DNA of 20,719 nucleotides from Candidatus Micrarchaeia archaeon (lineage in GTDB: Archaea > Micrarchaeota > Micrarchaeia > CAILAH01), in contig JBMFNT010000004.1 of NCBI GenBank assembly GCA_049970015.1, positions 1-20,719 of the forward strand, written 5' to 3'. Below the pieces are notes generated by a model. That model was not told the origin of the DNA, searched no databases, and saw only the letters and a program-made list of their open reading frames with translations. The stretch's first letter is position 1. Each line of letters begins with the position of its first letter. Shown here in pieces: positions 17,756 through 20,719 of the stretch. The translations under genes were made by a program, and so were the position numbers.

Positions 17756-19030
17756 TCACCGTATAGCAAGCGACTTTATCCCGAACCACCATGAGTTTGG
17801 ATCCATTTTTTGAAGCACCTTTGCCCATTTTTTTGCAGTACCTGTTTTCAATTTGTTTGTGATGCGTATTATCCACTCGCGCGCATTTTTATACCCCTTA
17901 TATTCATACTCACGCGCAGTAACAAGATTCTCCAGTAGGTCAGCATCCTTACATATCTCACATATACGCATATCATCAAAACATTTCCATGCGCGCATAA
18001 GCTCTTTCCTTTTTCTTACATCCAATCTTGCAATCATATCCTTGAATGCCATGTCTTCCCCATCTTCTTTTTCTATATAATTTGCAGTTATCTTATTTAT
18101 GTCCCCTATACGTGCTTCCGCAATATCATGCGCAAGCGCGGCAAATGCACACTTGTAAGGATCAGCACCTTCTTCTACTGCCAGCAGGTATGCTATGACA
18201 GATGTTCTGAAAGTATGCTCTGCAACATTTTCTGGATTTTCCACTTGTATATGCGCCCATCCACTCCTTGGGATATATCTCAGTATACCTATCTCATATA
18301 TGAATTTCATCTCCTCATACACACTTTTAATATCACTTTTTTCCACCATCTCAACAACATCTGTTATTGTATTATAATCAGCCGTCCAAAACCCGTTTTC
18401 AACCGCATACTCTCTTAATTTCCCTTTCGGGTTGATCGCGATTGGATATGCAACACTCTCAAGCAATGGCAGGTCATGGATAGTATCACCAAGTGCAAAC
18501 GAGTGTGAGGTATCTATGCCATGCTCCATTATTACACTGCGTACTATATTTTCTTTTCCATACTCGTTCATGTGCATTGTGCTCATCACCTCTCCAGTAT
18601 ATCTTCCATTCCTGATTTCCATGATAGTGGCATATACTTTATCTATTCTAAAGTGTTGTGCCACTAGATTTACAGGTATTTCAGGTGATGCAGTTATCGC
18701 CACAACGAGGTATTTCTTTTTCTTAAAATGCTCAATAATCTTGGCCGATTGTTCAGGCATTCCCTTCTTGAATCCCTTGAAAAATTTTTTAGCAAGGCGG
18801 TCAATATCGCTTACCTTGCTTCCTTTTATTATGTTCCCATATAAGTTTACCCATTCGCGGGTAAAGCTTACATGATCGAGCAACCCTGTTCTGTATGCAT
18901 CAACAAGATTTTCATGTTCTTCAAAAAGCCCGTCCTTTATGTACTTGTTGGCCCCGAGGAACCTGACCCATGAAATACCTACATAATCACACAACGTGCC
19001 ATCAATATCAGTTATGACTGCTTTTATCAT
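17756..19030 (-). CDS. HAD-superfamily (SerB/IB-like) phosphatase fused to YfbR/HDDC2-type HD-domain 5'-deoxynucleotidase
   Basis: N-terminal DIDGTL, TAS, K, GDTIHDLPLL, AINP; C-terminal RSGW, ENVAEH, HDIAEARIGDI, DADLLE. Confidence 0.85.
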   Translation of the reverse strand: MIKAVITDIDGTLCDYVGISWVRFLGANKYIKDGLFEEHENLVDAYRTGLLDHVSFTREWVNLYGNIIKGSKVSDIDRLAKKFFKGFKKGMPEQSAKIIEHFKKKKYLVVAITASPEIPVNLVAQHFRIDKVYATIMEIRNGRYTGEVMSTMHMNEYGKENIVRSVIMEHGIDTSHSFALGDTIHDLPLLESVAYPIAINPKGKLREYAVENGFWTADYNTITDVVEMVEKSDIKSVYEEMKFIYEIGILRYIPRSGWAHIQVENPENVAEHTFRTSVIAYLLAVEEGADPYKCAFAALAHDIAEARIGDINKITANYIEKEDGEDMAFKDMIARLDVRKRKELMRAWKCFDDMRICEICKDADLLENLVTAREYEYKGYKNAREWIIRITNKLKTGTAKKWAKVLQKMDPNSWWFGIKSLAIR

Positions 19031-19119
19031 TTAACCTCCTCCTGTTTATATGATCCAGCAATCTCACACAACGTGCCATCAATATCAGTTATGACTGCTT
19101 TTATCATTTAACCTCCTCC
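18987..19119. repeat. Exact 56-nt duplication of the HAD-HD gene start plus RBS (18987-19042, 19064-19119)
   Basis: Direct comparison; includes GGAGGAGG SD and the first 14 codons; period 77. Confidence 0.95.
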
Positions 19120-19127
19120 AATATTAG

Positions 19128-19640
19128 CTATTGTACCTTGGCAATTTTACCAAATTTGTTATATGGTTTGTCTGTTGGGCTCTCAAGTCTCTCAAAATAT
19201 ACTTGTGATATCCTCTCACCTGCATGAAGCTTTATCTTGAAAGGTGAGGCATTGAATATCTCTAATATCTGATGGTTGTCAGAGCCAGGCTGTATAACTG
19301 CACTGGTTATGTGTACAGTTATACCAAGCCGTGCATACCTACTCCTTCCTCCCAGGATGCCTATTATTGAATTTGACACTGTTATTTTCTCCTTGGTTTT
19401 TGCCAGGCAGAAATCCTGCGGTTTTAGGATAATGCTTTTTGCATTAATCTTTTTCATAAACTTGTGTGGATCTGTATGCTCAACCACATCAATCTCACTG
19501 TGTGTTCTGCGCGGGATATAAAACTCATCTGAAAGCGCAAGGTCGTATGATGCCTGGCCAAGGTATTTTGGGTTAAAAGGCACAATCCGTATTCCACCTT
19601 TCTTTATCTCCCTCAAAATATCCTTATTGGATAGATACAT
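19128..19640 (-). CDS. dcd: dCTP deaminase (dUTPase-like trimeric family)
   Basis: LS..DI, ASYDL.L, GRSRYARLG, LEIFN, GERISQ. Likely start ATG 19640 (ORF track starts at 19652). Confidence 0.88.
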   Translation of the reverse strand: MYLSNKDILREIKKGGIRIVPFNPKYLGQASYDLALSDEFYIPRRTHSEIDVVEHTDPHKFMKKINAKSIILKPQDFCLAKTKEKITVSNSIIGILGGRSRYARLGITVHITSAVIQPGSDNHQILEIFNASPFKIKLHAGERISQVYFERLESPTDKPYNKFGKIAKVQ

Positions 19641-19666
19641 AAAAGACCACAAATAGCAATTAGTAT

Positions 19667-19963
19667 CTAAAGCTTATCTATTTTTCCGTTCTTACCAGCG
19701 GAAATCTGCTTTGTTCCTTTGAACTCGGACACCCAGCCATTAGTTATTCTGACTTTGTCCCCAACTTTAAATTTTGAGGTATCTTCATTCCACAAAGTCA
19801 GTTTTATCTCGCCACTGTCATCCTTTAATGTTGCGGTTGCAACCTTCATTCTAACTCCATACTTATTCATTACTTCCCTCACATCCTCAATATCAACAAT
19901 TTCTCCTTCTACAGCATCCTCGTTTGTGCCATTCTTAAGATCGCTTATTTTCATAAAATGCAC
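19667..19963 (-). CDS. Single OB-fold ssDNA-binding protein (SSB/RPA-like)
   Basis: MKISDL, LKDDSGEIKLTLWN, GDKVRITNGWVSEFKG pattern; likely start ATG 19954. Confidence 0.88.
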   Translation of the reverse strand: MHFMKISDLKNGTNEDAVEGEIVDIEDVREVMNKYGVRMKVATATLKDDSGEIKLTLWNEDTSKFKVGDKVRITNGWVSEFKGTKQISAGKNGKIDKL

Positions 19964-20024
19964 CAGTTGAAATAAAAAGGCAAAACATTAAAAAGAATTA
20001 GGTAAGTTTGATTCCAAAAATCAA

Positions 20025-20537
20025 TCATTGGCTAGCAGGAATGCTTACTTTTGCATTAAACGTACCTTTCAGGTATTTGTCCACTGTACTCCCAGCCTCT
20101 TTATATCTTAATATTACCTCCCCGCTCACAGCATCTCCCACTTGTTTTGTATTTGTGCCAAAACCACTTATCTTATATGTGAATAAGTCAGATTGCCCAG
20201 GAGATAGTGTTTTACTATCTTTACTATCAACTCCTCTAAACAGTTCTTCTAGGTTCTGTGTCCCACTCCCAAGAACATAAACCACTGCTACATTAACAAC
20301 CTGCACGGGTTGTTGGTTTGTTATTTTGAGTGTGAGCGTACCATCTCCCTTAAGCGATTCAACTTTACAGTCCCAGCCTATGGGTAGGGTACACGTGTCC
20401 TGCAATCTTGCCTGTGGGTTAAGTACCTGCAGGTATATGAGCGCACCCAATACGAGCACAACCACTAGAAGAGCCCATCCGTAGGTCATCAAGTATTCCA
20501 TTGCAGCCTGTCCTTTTTCTTGCATAGAAGCACCCAC
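20025..20537 (-). CDS. Archaeal type IV pilin (class III signal peptide)
   Basis: KG|QAAMEYLMTYGWALLVVVLV, Cys pair after the helix; likely start ATG 20525. Confidence 0.88.
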   Translation of the reverse strand: MGASMQEKGQAAMEYLMTYGWALLVVVLVLGALIYLQVLNPQARLQDTCTLPIGWDCKVESLKGDGTLTLKITNQQPVQVVNVAVVYVLGSGTQNLEELFRGVDSKDSKTLSPGQSDLFTYKISGFGTNTKQVGDAVSGEVILRYKEAGSTVDKYLKGTFNAKVSIPASQ

Positions 20538-20667
20538 TAAAAGTGAATGTATGAATATTTATAAACTTGAATGAGAAGAGCCCATCCGTAGGTCATCAAG
20601 TATTCCATTGCAGCCTGTCCTTTTTCTTGCATAGAAGCACCTGCTAAAAGAGAATATTTATAAACTT
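20467..20667. repeat. Exact 68-nt duplication of pilin 5' end (20467-20534, 20574-20641), each copy with a TATA-like upstream element
   Basis: Direct comparison; both copies continue with CTAAAAG..GAATATTTATAAACTT (minus strand AAGTTTATAAATATTC). Confidence 0.95.
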
Positions 20668-20719
20668 AAACAGATTATTTTTTTTATATGAAAAGCGAGT
20701 ACAAGAATCATGTAAAAAG

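Noticed and set aside
222..20280. Numerous antisense ORFs in the track (e.g. 780..1196, 2180..2635, 3338..3865, 12324..12881, 18432..18875)
   Set aside because: They lie opposite well-supported genes and have no family motifs.

Overview
AT-rich archaeal core-genome window. Gene content and the multi-intron tRNAs suggest a DPANN archaeon, possibly Micrarchaeota; this is inference. Protein genes: secF-secD, a frameshifted ankyrin remnant, pcm, IMPase, type 2 IPP isomerase, five class III signal-peptide (pilin-like) genes, ileS, rps10, EF-1alpha, AK6, agmatinase, an endonuclease V with a catalytic Asp->Asn change, a lectin-like secreted protein, AlaX, a HAD-HD fusion, dCTP deaminase and SSB. The most unusual content is non-coding and missing from the ORF track. 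(1) tRNA-Asn(GTT) has a 62-nt insertion that resolves into two back-to-back BHB introns at 37/38, which apparently must be spliced in order. (2) tRNA-Gly(CCC) overlaps the ileS stop codon and carries a 148-nt tandemly duplicated anticodon intron plus a 31-nt T-loop (59/60) BHB intron. (3) At the left edge is what looks like the 3' exon of a third tRNA with a long (at least 135 nt) structured 59/60 intron. Separately, three protein-gene termini are locally duplicated (42-68 nt exact copies). Each duplicate forms a mini-ORF whose stop overlaps a downstream start codon.
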